Origin: Octopus sinensis
Taxonomy: Eukaryota
Direction: 5' to 3'
Assembly: GCF_006345805.1 (NCBI RefSeq)
Contig: NC_043013.1
Location: 41,850,001 to 41,914,000, forward strand
DNA: 64,000 bases
The notes under the pieces are model-generated. The model made no database searches and had not been told where the DNA came from. It saw only the letters and a program-made list of their open reading frames with translations. Both the position numbers and the translations under genes were made by a program. Positions 51,398-64,000 of the stretch are shown piece by piece; position 1 is the stretch's first letter, and every line of letters begins with the position of its first letter.

Positions 51398-53685
51398 TTG
51401 TGAAATATACGTACAACGGACAATGCTACAGACTAAATTAAGTTACCGCTAATTGTTACCATACTTTGAAATCTTTCACCATGTCAGTCATATTTATGTG
51501 TTAAATTATTTTAGCACGGTTTAAAATGACTCATTGCGATGAAAAACAGTAGATCGATCAATCGATCAACAGGTGGTAATTTTAATAACTATAAACAAAA
51601 GACACAATCATCTCAACACCTCGATAACATCACTTTGATGTAAGGCTTTTACATGTTCAGTGTTTCGAATAACTTTTAATCATTGTAAACAAAAGGAATT
51701 GTAGCGTTGGTATTGTTCTCCTGTTCGGGGGTATACACAGTAAGGTTAATTAAATATTCACAGGGGCTTGAGATCTTCTTCAGATAATTGATGTTCAGAT
51801 AGCAATGGTAGGTAGGTAGGTAGGTAGGTAGGTATCTATAAATGTTTGTATTGCAAAGATATAGACACATACGTATATAAAACAATGTGTTTATATGTGT
51901 GCATATATGTAAGTGTGTGTGCCTGTGTATCTGTGTGCGAACATGTGTGTGTACATGCAGGTATGTATGTATGTAAGTATGTATGTATGTATGTATGTAT
52001 GTATATCGGTCTCTTTTGCCGAACCGCTAAGTAGCAAGAACATAAACACACCAACATTGGTTATCAAGCAGCGGTGGAGGAACAAACAAAGAGACACACA
52101 CATAGATATATACATATATATATATACACACACACACTCACACACTCACACAAACTCACACACATATATATATTCTTTTATTCTTTTACTTGTTTCAGTC
52201 ATTTGACTGCGGCCATGCTGGAACACCGTCTTAAAGGGTGTTAGTCGAAGAAATCGACCTCAGGACTTAATCTTTGTAAGCTTTGTACTTATTCTATCGG
52301 ACTCTTTTGCCGAACCGCTAAGTTACGGGGACATAAACACACCGACATCGGTTGTCAAGCGATGGCGGGGGACCAAACAGAGACATACACTCAAATATAT
52401 ACATATATACATATACTACGAGCTTCTTCCAGTTTGCGTCAACCAAATTCACTCACAAGGCTTTTAGCAACCTGTTTGTTGGTGCTAGGAAAATGACCCT
52501 ATGTACCATGAAACATTTTACCCACAAATTTCTTTATGATCGTAATATAGCAGTTTCAAAGATAATTGTATAAAAACTTTCTTTAAAAAATACCTATTTT
52601 CCTCAAAGTAATGAGGGAGAAAATGGAGTCGTCTGAATCGAAACTCCTCTCCGCACCCCCTCGAAATAATTCTTTCCTATAAATCCATATATACTCTGAA
52701 TGTATAGCATCTGAGCGAGATTTGTTGAAAATTTCGTTAAAAAGTATCCATTTTTCAGGAAGTTATGCGGCAACGGGGATAGGGATCTGTAGTTATGCCT
52801 GAAAGCCTGTTGTGGATCCCATCAAAGCAGAATCGTTTGATCATCCTCATGCAACATCACAATTTACTTTCAAGGTTGATTATGGAAGAGCAGCAGTCGC
52901 CCATGCATTCCCACTTCCCCTCTCCATGCCACTGATGTTATCCAAGCGAAAGGCAAAGGGGCCGATACAGCTTGGCACCAGTGACATCGCAACTCATTTC
53001 TACAGCTGAGGTAATTGGAGCAACGTGAAATAAAGTGTCTTGCTCAAGAACACAACACGCAGCCCAGTCCAGGATTCGAACTCACAACCTCACGATCGCA
53101 AGCTCGATGTAACTCCATATGTATCTTTAGAACTTCATCTAAAACCATAATACAATCAGTATAACTATGACGACCATTCTTTAACACCAATATGTTTTTC
53201 AGATTCCTGTGCTGCCAGCTGACTAACTCAAACATTTATTTCACTTTCCTACGATGCGCCCGAAAAAAGTCTCAAAAGTCCCACTTCCGGCCATGTTCAA
53301 TACAATCTAAGCGAATAACTTTCAATATTCATAGTAGGATTTTGCCAGCTTTTTCTCACCCAGTCAATGATAGGTGTTTCTGCTAGTATATATATAAATT
53401 CCATCGGTTACGATGACGAGTGTTCCAGCTGATCCAATCAACGAAACAATCTGCTGTGAAGTTAACGTGCAAGCGGCTGAACACTCCACAGACGCGCGTA
53501 CCCTTAACGTAGTTCTCAGGGATATTCGCGTGACACAGAATGTGTCAAGGTTGGCCCTCTGGAATACGGGTACAGCTCATTGTTGTACAGTCAATTAAGT
53601 GGACTGGAACAACGTCAGAGAAAGTGCTTCGCTTACGATTGCGAGCCGAATACCTTAACCTTCACACACACATACATGTGCATGA

Positions 53686-53736
<51 letters not shown>

Positions 53737-54241
53737 GAAAAATATAAAAAAAGAGACAAGAACGCAAAACACCCAGACAGGTGATATAAAAAAGGGACAA
53801 CAAAACATCCAGATAGACGATACAAAGAAAACAAGGACAGGTCATTCGGAGTTTTCTTTCCTCAGTCGGGTTCCACATTATCTTTACAATTTCGGCTGGT
53901 TATACTCGAGATTGCTCCAATCAGGCCAGCCCCAAGGATAAACTAAGCTAAGAGCATTAGATTCCTTGGAAGAAAGCAGTGAATGTATACGAAAACAAGG
54001 ACGGAAAAAACGGAGAATATTACACAAATACAAATAACAGGACATAACAACAGGTGTCTTTCGACTAAGGACGAATTAAATTAAGCTGGCGTGTGTGGAA
54101 GTAAAGCCTTACGGCAGGGATACAATGTTTCACAGACACAAGGAGGAATATAGATGTTGTACAGACGACGGCCGAACCAAGAAAGAAAGGTCAGGCTTGA
54201 CCGCATATATATGCGCCTGCGCGCGCGTGTGTGTGTATGTA

Positions 54242-54662
54242 CAGGGTACGGTGAATAAATTGTCATCTAGATTACGCAAAAATGAAAATAACACAGACAT
54301 CTCATTGTAACAGATATATTTACCAAAATTACATAAAAATATCTTGAAATACTAAACAGTAAATTTATTCATTAAAATCGCCATTGGCTTCAACCACGGC
54401 CTCCAGACGACTTCAGAATCTCTTGTAGCTCTTCTGGACGGTTTCCTTGTTTAAGTTTGTGAATGCTGCCATCAGTTCATCTTTGGTTTTAGAAGGAATT
54501 TTGTTGGTCCCTCGCTCAAATGCGCCCCACACATAATAATCAAGCGGGTTGCAGTCTGAAGAGTTAGGTGGTCAGATGTTAGGGGTGATGTGGTCGCAGA
54601 AATTGTCTGACAGCCATGACTGGGTTTTCCTGCTTGTGTAACATGGTGCAGAGTCCGTTTGA
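54242..54662 (-). mobile_element. maT (DD37D) 3' fragment with one TIR
   Basis: TA|CAGGGTACGGTGAATAAATTGTC; SWLSDNFCDHITPNI*PPNSSDCNPLDYYVWG on the minus strand. Confidence 0.85.
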
Positions 54663-56262
54663 AAAACAGGTACAACAGAAACAGGAAGACAAAGTAAGAG
54701 AAAGCTTCGGTCAAAGAGTACAGCAGGGTTCGCTACCACTCCCTGCCGGAGCCAGAGACCATATTATGGGATTTTTTCAACAATCTATGTATGCCATGAG
54801 ATTTCCAGACATGAGTTCTACTCACGTGTCAAGTTTCATCAAAATCGATAAAACGATGTAGGCGGAGTTAGATAACAACGCCACAAAAAAAAACACACCC
54901 ACAGATTTCCACATACGTAGTAGATGTGTATGTGTGTGTGTGTGCGTGTTTAACTGAAAAGCTGAAGATTTACAAATAGTTATACCGCGTTACTTGCATC
55001 CAGGTTTTAGACGATTATAACAAATAGAACTTGAGAAAATATTTAACAGATAAACATTGGAAGTGTTTGAAAATGAAGGGAAATCTCGATAGCATAAAAT
55101 AAAACACAGAAATTGGGACGAAACAATTTCATCGGTTAAGCACATGACCGACCGTTGTGTACAAAGCTAAAATATAAAAATAATAGCCTATAAAAAGGTT
55201 AAGGTAAGGAGAATATGGTAATGAAGCAAGAGGAGGAAAGTAAGGGAAACGAGTACAAAAGAAAAAGATAGGCAGAGAAATAAGAAGAGAGTAAAAGGAA
55301 TGTAGGTAAGAAAAGAAATAAAGAGATAGAGAAACAGAGACTCGGAATAAAAAAATTGTTATGAAATATAGAGGATATAATAATAGAAGCCAAAAGACAT
55401 ATATGTATATATGTACTTTGAATATAGATGAAAGTTGGGAGACGGCGATTAAAAACGAAAAACAAGAAAGCACTAAAGTTAAAATTATATCAACAGTTTA
55501 ATAGCTGTAAAAAAAAAGAATAAGAAAATTATTTGAGGAGAAATTACGCCAACAGAAACAGGAATAAAATGGCATCTTCGGCAGAGTTAGATGAGTATAA
55601 TGTCAAAAACGTTGGCGTTAATGTCCACTGTTTAAAAAGATCAAAGAAACAACCGTATAGAGGTAAAACCTTACACAACAGATTTTTAGATATATGCCTG
55701 CAGACGTTTAAAAACTCTGGTTTTTAATTAAATGCGTATGAGTGCACTTGAATTTGATGCACTTACGACTGATCTAGTAAAATAGGTTTAAGAAAGTAAT
55801 TCAATATTTATTTTAGTACTGTTAATTTTTTAGACGATTGAAATTACTTTGTTTCTTTACAGAAAACCTGGAGACAAAATATTATATGTCAATGAGAATT
55901 CAAATCAACTAAAATTCTACTAAATTTAAATTCTAGTATAAGTAAAACAACCCTCTCGTTGTCACTGGATAAAGCTACGTTTGTGAATGTTTCCGATTGT
56001 TATAACGAGGCACTGCGCGGTATCGGTTCTGCAAATTAAATTTATTATATTACCAAGCCTTGCACACAACGTTAAATTAGATATAGATATATCCTATGAT
56101 TTATTCTAACCTACAGTTAAATGTAAGAACAAACAGCCAGGGAATTCCTTAGCTTAATCTCTTTTCTCTTTCCAGCGATCCATTGGTATCATAAAAATTT
56201 TGACAGAAGTTTAGTTAAAGTCAGCTGTTCTTATTGTATTTAATTTTCTCTTGTCATTTTAG

Positions 56263-56360
56263 CAATTGTAATTCAAGAAGATTCTCCAATGCTAACAACA
56301 TTGCCTCTCTGCCTACTCGTAATGGCATTGATTCTAACCATTTTCTTGCTATGTGTGTAA
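56263..56360 (+). CDS. Candidate terminal coding exon of an unidentified host gene (hydrophobic C-terminus, TM or GPI-like)
   Basis: Acceptor TTTTCTCTTGTCATTTTAG|; phase-1 xIVIQEDSPMLTTLPLCLLVMALILTIFLLCV*; AATAAA at 56383; non-repetitive context. Confidence 0.45.
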
Positions 56361-56439
56361 ATCTTACACTGGATCAACAGAAAATAAATCTAAAATTCAT
56401 TTTACTAGCTTACACATTCAAAGCAGCAAGCTCGGAGAA

Positions 56440-56995
56440 TCGTTAGCAGGCCGGGCGAGATACTTAGCGGTATTTCGTCTGCCGCTACGTTCTGAGTTCA
56501 AATTCCGCCGAGGTCAACTTTGCCTTTCATCCTTTCGGGGTCGGTTAAATAAGTACCAGTGACACATTGGGGTCGATGTAATCGACTTAATCTCTTTGTC
56601 TGTCCTTGTTTTCTCCCTCTGCGTTTAGCCCCTTGTGGGTAGTAAAGAAATAGGTATTTTGTCTGCCGCTACGTTCTGAGTTCAAATTCCGCCGAGGTTG
56701 ACTTTGCCTTTCATCCTTTCGGGGTCGATAAATTAAGTATCAGTTTCGCACTGGGGGTCGATATAATCGTCTTAATCGGTCTGTCTGTCCTTGTTTGTCT
56801 CCTCTGCGTTTAGCCCCTTGTGGATAGTAAACAAATAGGTATTTTGTCTGCTGCTACGTTCTGAGTTCAAATTCCGCCGAGGTCGACTTTGCCTTTCATC
56901 CTTTCGGGGTCGATAAATTAAGTACCAGTTACGCACTGGGGGTCGATAAAAATAAGTACCAGTTGAACACTGGGGTCGATTTAATCGACTTAACT
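56440..56995 (+). mobile_element. SINE B multimer (three units plus a partial)
   Basis: Junctions AAATA|GGTATTTTGTCTG at about 56653 and 56838. Confidence 0.9.
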
Positions 56996-57213
56996 ACTCC
57001 TGTGTATGAGTGAAAAATGTGCACCCCTCTGCTAATTCCTATCGAGCCATTGTGGAAGAGTAGACTCATCAAATCACTATGATTTCATGCTAAAATTTAT
57101 GACCTCCACAGCAGATCATACTTGGGTGAACAGAACACGCTTAGGCTTTCGTCCTACAGTGAACTGAACATCTAACCCAATACATTCATTTAGATAGCCA
57201 GAAAAGAATTGTT

Positions 57214-57623
57214 GGATCTTTTCGGTTTGAACAGCAGTTTTTTAAAATAATTTCCACGTAACTAAACACTTTTAAACTTCGTATATTGGTAGAATGTGTT
57301 TATAAAACATCATTTTCTCTTGGCTTTATTGAGAAAATTCTATTGTTTGTAAGATATTTGTTGTTTTTTCTTAAATTTCTGCGATTTCAACCAATCAATG
57401 ACGTCTATTGGGTTAAAAAACATTCTATGCCGTATGAATATGTCCCTCGTTTAAGAAACAGATTGGCTTTATTTACATTTGTGAAGGAAAAAAAGATACC
57501 CTTCCCCCACCCCTAACCCTAAAACAGATTGGAATGCAATATATCGATACTAGGGTCATAATTATGGATGACAATTTCATATGACACCGCTAGAAAAAAC
57601 TGCCGTTCAAACCGAAAAGATCC
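57214..57623. mobile_element. MITE with 30-bp TIRs
   Basis: GGATCTTTTCGGTTTGAACAGCAGTTTTTT versus AAAAAACTGCCGTTCAAACCGAAAAGATCC (1 mismatch); no TSD recognised. Confidence 0.75.
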
Positions 57624-57938
57624 TCTGTACTTAAGCGATAAGCTTTTTCATGATGTTTCAAAACTCACGCGCATCAAATGAAACGTCTGAGCTTCTAAAA
57701 TACCTGCAGGCACGCCTCTAAATATTTACTGTATAACTTTTTTACTGCCAAAAGGTTAATTTCTTTGACCTTTCCTTCAACAATAGGATCTTACACCGCC
57801 AGTATAGACCACACTGTACAAAAGATTTTATATATATATATGTATATAAAATTTTTATCTTTACATCATCAGATTACTTTCCTTACTCGATGCGGCGATT
57901 ATGCGCGCACATATTTTCTCTTTTCACATTTAATCTAT

Positions 57939-57969
<31 letters not shown>

Positions 57970-58282
57970 TCTGTTGGCAAATAATTTATTATTTTCTTTT
58001 ACAGCTGCTAATCTTCTTTTAATTTGAATTTAAACTTTAATTCTGACTGCATTTTATTTTTCTCTGCTTTTCCATTATTAATCGCCTTTTCCCGGTTTTC
58101 ATATATTCATATATTCACACACGGACACGCCTACGCACGCATGCATGCGCACACACATGCACACACACATATATATATATATTATATATATATATGTATA
58201 TATATACATATGTATATACATATATATATATACATATATACGCATATATATATATATATACACACGCATATATATATAAATA

Positions 58283-58314
<32 letters not shown>

Positions 58315-58486
58315 CATCCATATATAGAGAGAAAGATAGATAGATAGATAGATGTATATACATATGTGTATATGCGTATGTAAATATATATACGTGCACA
58401 TATATATTATATATATATATATACATACATATATATATATATATATATACATACATATATAATATATATATAATATATATATATAC

Positions 58487-58531
<45 letters not shown>

Positions 58532-58553
58532 CACACACATACTTATGTCTGCC

Positions 58554-58591
<38 letters not shown>

Positions 58592-58904
58592 TATATATAT
58601 ATATGCATATATATGTATATACATATATATATATATGTATATATATATACACACATACTTATGTCTGCCATATATATATATATTGTATATATATATTTAT
58701 ATATATATATGCATATATATGTATATACATATATATATATACATATATTATATATACATATATAATACATATATATATACATATATATATACATATGTAT
58801 ATACATATATATATATACATATATATATATATTTATATACATATGTATATACATATATATATACACATATATATATATACACATATATATATATACATAT
58901 ATAT

Positions 58905-58944
<40 letters not shown>

Positions 58945-60052
58945 ACATCCATACATATATGTATACATCCATACATATATGTATACACACACACACACAT
59001 GTCTGCCAGATTCCCTTGTTATTAAATGTTTTCTATGTTTTGTATACATATTTATACAAATGCATTTTTGTTTCTTTGCACCAATCTTCCCCCCCTCCAC
59101 CCTATCTTTATTTACTTTCCTTCTGCTCCCACTCCTTCATATCGCTTTTCTTCACTCATTTTTTCCCTTCCTTCTCACGGGCTTTCTTCTCTCCGTCTTT
59201 CTCTATTCAACATGTTTCCCTACGTATATCCGACACGTGACTGTTTTTATTCGTTTAATTTTTAAATTTTTTCTTTCTATCAAAAAAAAAAACTGTCGTA
59301 TGATCCTTTCTTCCCAACTTTTCGTTATATTTTATGCATCAAAAATCTCCTCTGATATTCAAACACATCTAATGCATAATTATTATTTAAATATATTGAT
59401 ATTTCAAAATATATACTCTTTTACACGTTTCAGTCATTTGACTGTGGCTATGCTGGAGCACCGCCTTTAGTCCATCGCAGCGTTACTCAAGAAACAGGAA
59501 GAGAGAGAAAGTTGTGGCGAAAGAGTACAACAGGGGTCGCCACCGCCCCCGTGGAGCTTTTAGGTGTTTTCGCTCAATAAACACACACAACGCCCGGTCT
59601 AGGAATCGAAACCGCGATCCTCCGACCGCGAGTTCGCTGCCCTAGCTACTGGGCCATTGCGTCTCCAGTCTCATATATGAGTTTTGAATATTTAAATGTA
59701 GGATGTTGGCGAGTTGACAGAATCGTTAGCTCGCCAGGCGAAATGCTTAACGGCTATCTTTACGTCCTGAGTTCAAATTCCGCCGAAGTCGACTTTGCCT
59801 TCCATCCTTTCGAGGTGGACAAAATAAGTACCAGTTGAGCACTGGGGGGGGGGTCAATCTAATCGACTTATCCCTCCCCAGAATTGCTGGCCTTGTGCCA
59901 AAACTCCAAACCAATATTTCAGTGTGGTCAAAAAGTTGGCTTCACAACCTCATTGTTTCCAGTTCAGACTCTGGAAACCTTATTTCTTTGCGAAAACATT
60001 TTCGGTCTGGTACTGAAAGTGCATGGCTCAGTAGCTAGAGCGTCCAGCTCAT

Positions 60053-60413
60053 TCAATTCAATTCAATTTTTATTGGCTCAAAAAGCAAAAGCAAGGCCAT
60101 GTAGGGGGACAGGGAGTTATGTACAGGGAGGATGGTCATACAAAGAGTTCAGGCCGTTTCTGGTCAAGAGAGACTTTGAACCGAGCGGTCGTCGGCATCT
60201 TCACTATCTCGTCCGGCAGTTTATTCCACGGATCCGCAACCCGGACGGAGAAAGTCCCTCTCCTTCGATTGAGATGAAATCGTCGTCGATAGAGCTTTTC
60301 GGAGTGACCCCGCAGCCCACACTTTGGAGCAGGAGTGAAGAACAGCTCTTTCGAGAGCTTATGATGTTGTGAGCGAGAATGAGATCACCACGGCGTCGTC
60401 GTTTTTCGAGAGA
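60053..60413 (-). mobile_element. CR1 3' fragment with (GAATT)n tail inserted in the anticodon loop of a SINE D head
   Basis: Same ORF2 end and 3' UTR as 11657-12451; the host reads CCAGCTCAT|...|ATAATCATAAGG. Confidence 0.85.
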
Positions 60414-60777
60414 ATAATCATAAGGTAACGAGTTCGATTCCTGGACCAGGATATATGTTGTTTACTTGAGCAAGACATTTCATTTCACGATACTCCAGTT
60501 CACTTGGCTGTAAAAATGAGCAGTGACATCACTGGTGCCAGTGTATCAGCTGAATCCGTCTTTGGTTTCCAGCTCAGACTCTCTGCGAAATAATTTGGTC
60601 AACATCTTCTACTATAGGGCCACAGACTGACGAGTGTCTTGTGAAAGAAATTTGTAAAAGAAAATAGTTTGAAAGGAAGCTTGTCATATCCATATATGGA
60701 AATATGTACATATTGATTAATTAATCAATTAACGCTTGTCTTTGTGTTTCTCACCAGTAACGAATTCAGGAATTTTA

Positions 60778-61323
60778 TTGGGTTGGTGCATAATTATTGC
60801 GGCTTTTTTTCAACAAATTTTATTCAACAAAAACAATAACAATATATAACAAAAACATCTTTAAATGATTATTCCGGAGCATATTCACCATTGTGGAGGC
60901 AGATGGCCTTGTGGTTACAGCAGCGGGATCGTGGGTTCGATGTGTGTGTTTATGAGCGAAACACCTAAGCTCCAAGCGGCTCCTGCAGAAGGTAATGGCG
61001 AATCTCTGCTGACTTTTTCGCCACAACTTTCTCTCACTCTTTCCTCCTGCATCTTACAGCTCACTGCGACGGACCGGCATCCCGTCCAGGTGGAGAACCT
61101 ATACGCCAAGGAAACCGGGAAACCGGCCCTTATGAGCCAGGCACGGTTCGAGAAGGAACAAACAATATTTACCATCTGCTTCAATTACTGCTTCCCATTT
61201 GCTTCGCAGACGGTCAGACCGTAATTTAAAGTTGTTTTTTTTTTTTTGTTAAATATTGTTATTGTTTTTGTTGAATAAACTTTGTTGGAAAAAAAAAGCC
61301 GCAATAGTTATGCACCAACACAA
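60778..61323. mobile_element. Mariner-type MITE with long TIRs and TA TSD, interrupted by a SINE (60893-61150)
   Basis: TA|TTGGGTTGGTGCATAATTATTGCGGCTTTTTTT...AAAAAAAGCCGCAATAGTTATGCACCAACACAA|TA. Confidence 0.8.
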
Positions 61324-61789
61324 TAGTTCCAAATACAAAAAATTGTTTCAAATTTTGGCACAAGGCCGGCAATCTTGGTAATTAATCAATCATATCAACT
61401 CTAAGTATATGGCTGGTATCTTATTTTACCGACCCAGAGAGATGCAAAACAAAGTTGATATTGCCGGTATTAGAACTAAAAAACGTAAAGACCAGGAAGA
61501 AATGCGGATAAACATTTTCCCCGCCGCGTTGAACTTTCTGCCAAGTCGCCGCCTCTCTTCAAGAACAGCCATTTGTAACTCTGCATTTGCTATTGAGTAC
61601 CCTCTTTCTCTCTCTCTCTCTCTCTCAATATCTCTCTCTCTCTCTCTCTCTCTCTCAATATCTCTATCCTTATTTCTTATTCATACTTACTATCCCCCAC
61701 ATATATAAGTATTTGCTTATATATGTGGGGAATGGGTGGGTTCGGGTGTGTGTGGGTGTGTGGTTGGGTGTATGTATTCTTTTCTTCTT

Positions 61790-62043
61790 TTATTTGTTTC
61801 AGTCGTTTGACTGCGGCAATGCTGTAGCACCGCCTTTAGTCGAACAAATCGACAACAGGACTCATTCTTTGTAAGTCAAGTACTTATTCTATCGGTCCCC
61901 TATGCCGAACCGTAAGTTTACTGGGACGTAAACACACTAGCATCGGTTGCTAAGCGATGCTGGGGGACAAACACGGACACACAAACATACACACACCCAC
62001 ACACACACATATAGATATACATATATATATATATAATATATAT

Positions 62044-62101
<58 letters not shown>

Positions 62102-62315
62102 GGTGTGTGTGTGTGTGTATGTATGTATATATATATATATTATATATATATACACGACAAGCTTCTTTCAGTTTCCGTCTACCAAATCCACTCACAATGC
62201 TTTAATCGGCCGAGGCTATAGTAAAAGTCACTTAGACAAGGTGCCACGCAGTGGGACTGAACACAGAACCATGTGGTTGGTAAGCAAGCTACTTACCACA
62301 CATCCTCTCCTGCGC
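61790..62315 (-). mobile_element. SINE family A, full length
   Basis: Complete tail-to-head structure with microsatellite middle. Confidence 0.88.
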
Positions 62316-62649
62316 CTGTATGTTTTATGTATGCATATATACATGTGAATGAGTGTGAATGAATGTGTGTACGTGCATGTGCGTATGCGAACGAGTAAAT
62401 TGTTTATACACTTGCTGTATATTTTTCAGACTGCCTGATTCAAAATCGTTTCGGAAGTGACGCGAATAATGACATTGATGAGCTGCAATGACAGCGAAAT
62501 ACGTATCAGTCACACTAGCGATCATTTTAAGGAACGATTTCCTTTCGCCTAGCTATGAAGCATATTGTGTTGGTCAATAAAATGCGACTATAAAGGGATA
62601 TTTCCCTGAGAAAAACCGCAGCTTCAGCGTCTCCACTATACACGGATAT

Positions 62650-63090
62650 ATACATGCATACGTGTATATGTATGTGTGCATGTATGTATGTATGTATGTA
62701 TGTATGTATGTATGTATGTATGTATGTATGTATGTATGTATGTATGTATGTATGTATGTATGTATATTTGTACGTATGTATGTATGTATGTATGTATGTA
62801 TGTTTGTATGTATGTATGTTTGTATAATGTATGCATGTATGTATGTATGTATATGTATGTATGCATGTATGTATGTATGTTTGTATTATTTATGTATGTA
62901 ATGTATGTATGTATGTATGTGTGCATGTATGTATGTATGTATGTATATTTGTATGTATGTATATTTGTATGTATGTTTGTATTATGTATGTATATATGTG
63001 TGTATGTATGTATGTATGTACGTATGTATATGTATGTATGTAAGTATGTATGTATGTATGTATGTATGTATGTATGTATGTATGTATGTG
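62650..63090. repeat. (TATG)n tract (inverse (CATA)n at 63255-63355)
   Basis: Directly visible. Confidence 0.95.
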
Positions 63091-63914
63091 TAGTTGGCTG
63101 TCTGACGACGCCAAGTGTCGGTGGCATTTCGGATTCACTGATAATAAAAGCATTATTAATGACATCTAACTGTATAGTTTTATTGAGAACTTTATTGAAT
63201 CACTTAATGTTCGCAGCTTCAGAACTTTTGTATTTTATAACAATAAAAACACTTACATGCATACATACATACATACATACATGCATACATACATACATAC
63301 ATACATACATACATACATACATACATACATACATACATACATACATACATACATTTATTTCATCGGCTTCAATTTTTGCTTCTCAATCTATTCTCTACTT
63401 GCGTATTTGTTCGTGTTTTTAGAATTTTATATATTTGTAATAGCACCATTTTCAATGGCGTGCACTTTCTCCATTACAGGAAGTGATTTTCTACATACAT
63501 ATAACCATATTACATAAGTACATACATATATCCATACTCACATAAGTATATACATACATTAATATATACATATATGTATATATATATATATATATATATT
63601 AAATATATTATATAATATATATATATATACATATATGTATATATATATACATATATATATATATACATATATAATATATATACACATATATATATATACA
63701 CATATATATATACTATATATATATATACACACACACATATATATATATACACACACACACATATATATTATTTATACATATATATATACACATATAGATA
63801 TAATATATATATATTATACATATATATATACATATATATACATATATATACATATATATATATATAATATATATATATATACATATATATACACATATAT
63901 ATACATATATATAT

Positions 63915-63986
<72 letters not shown>

Positions 63987-64000
63987 GTGCGTATGCGTTT

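Noticed and set aside
53192-53386. Open plus-strand ORF with an acceptor site
   Set aside because: The minus strand shows IDWVRKSW, like a pogo/Tigger remnant; the plus-strand peptide is uninformative.

Overview
Eukaryotic, AT-rich, repeat-saturated DNA. The repeat content suggests a cephalopod (octopus-like) genome, which is my inference. No complete host gene is visible; the best candidate is one plus-strand terminal exon (56263-56360) encoding a hydrophobic C-terminus. The rest is mostly mobile DNA: (i) at least five tRNA-headed SINE families (my labels A-E); (ii) CR1/L2-group LINE fragments, including a 2.1-kb RT-containing copy; (iii) a 2.5-kb L1/Tx1-like element that lacks RT but has a TSD; (iv) a Penelope-like (RT + GIY-YIG) fragment; (v) mariner, maT (DD37D), hAT and non-autonomous Helitron remnants and MITEs; (vi) long (TA)n/(TACA)n/(CA)n tracts, which account for most ORFs in the supplied track (not real genes). 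Main observations: four type I hammerhead-ribozyme-like folds, some with unusual core or stem II variants, plus a fold-back palindrome centred on the remains of a fifth; two LINE-SINE 3'-tail partnerships visible within the window; a recurrent R^GTA(T/G) insertion site, often in tRNA-derived SINE heads, that may explain SINE multimers; a minisatellite grown from a SINE head; and a tRNA-head/5S rRNA chimera. Coordinates of decayed repeats are approximate, and all alignments were done by eye.
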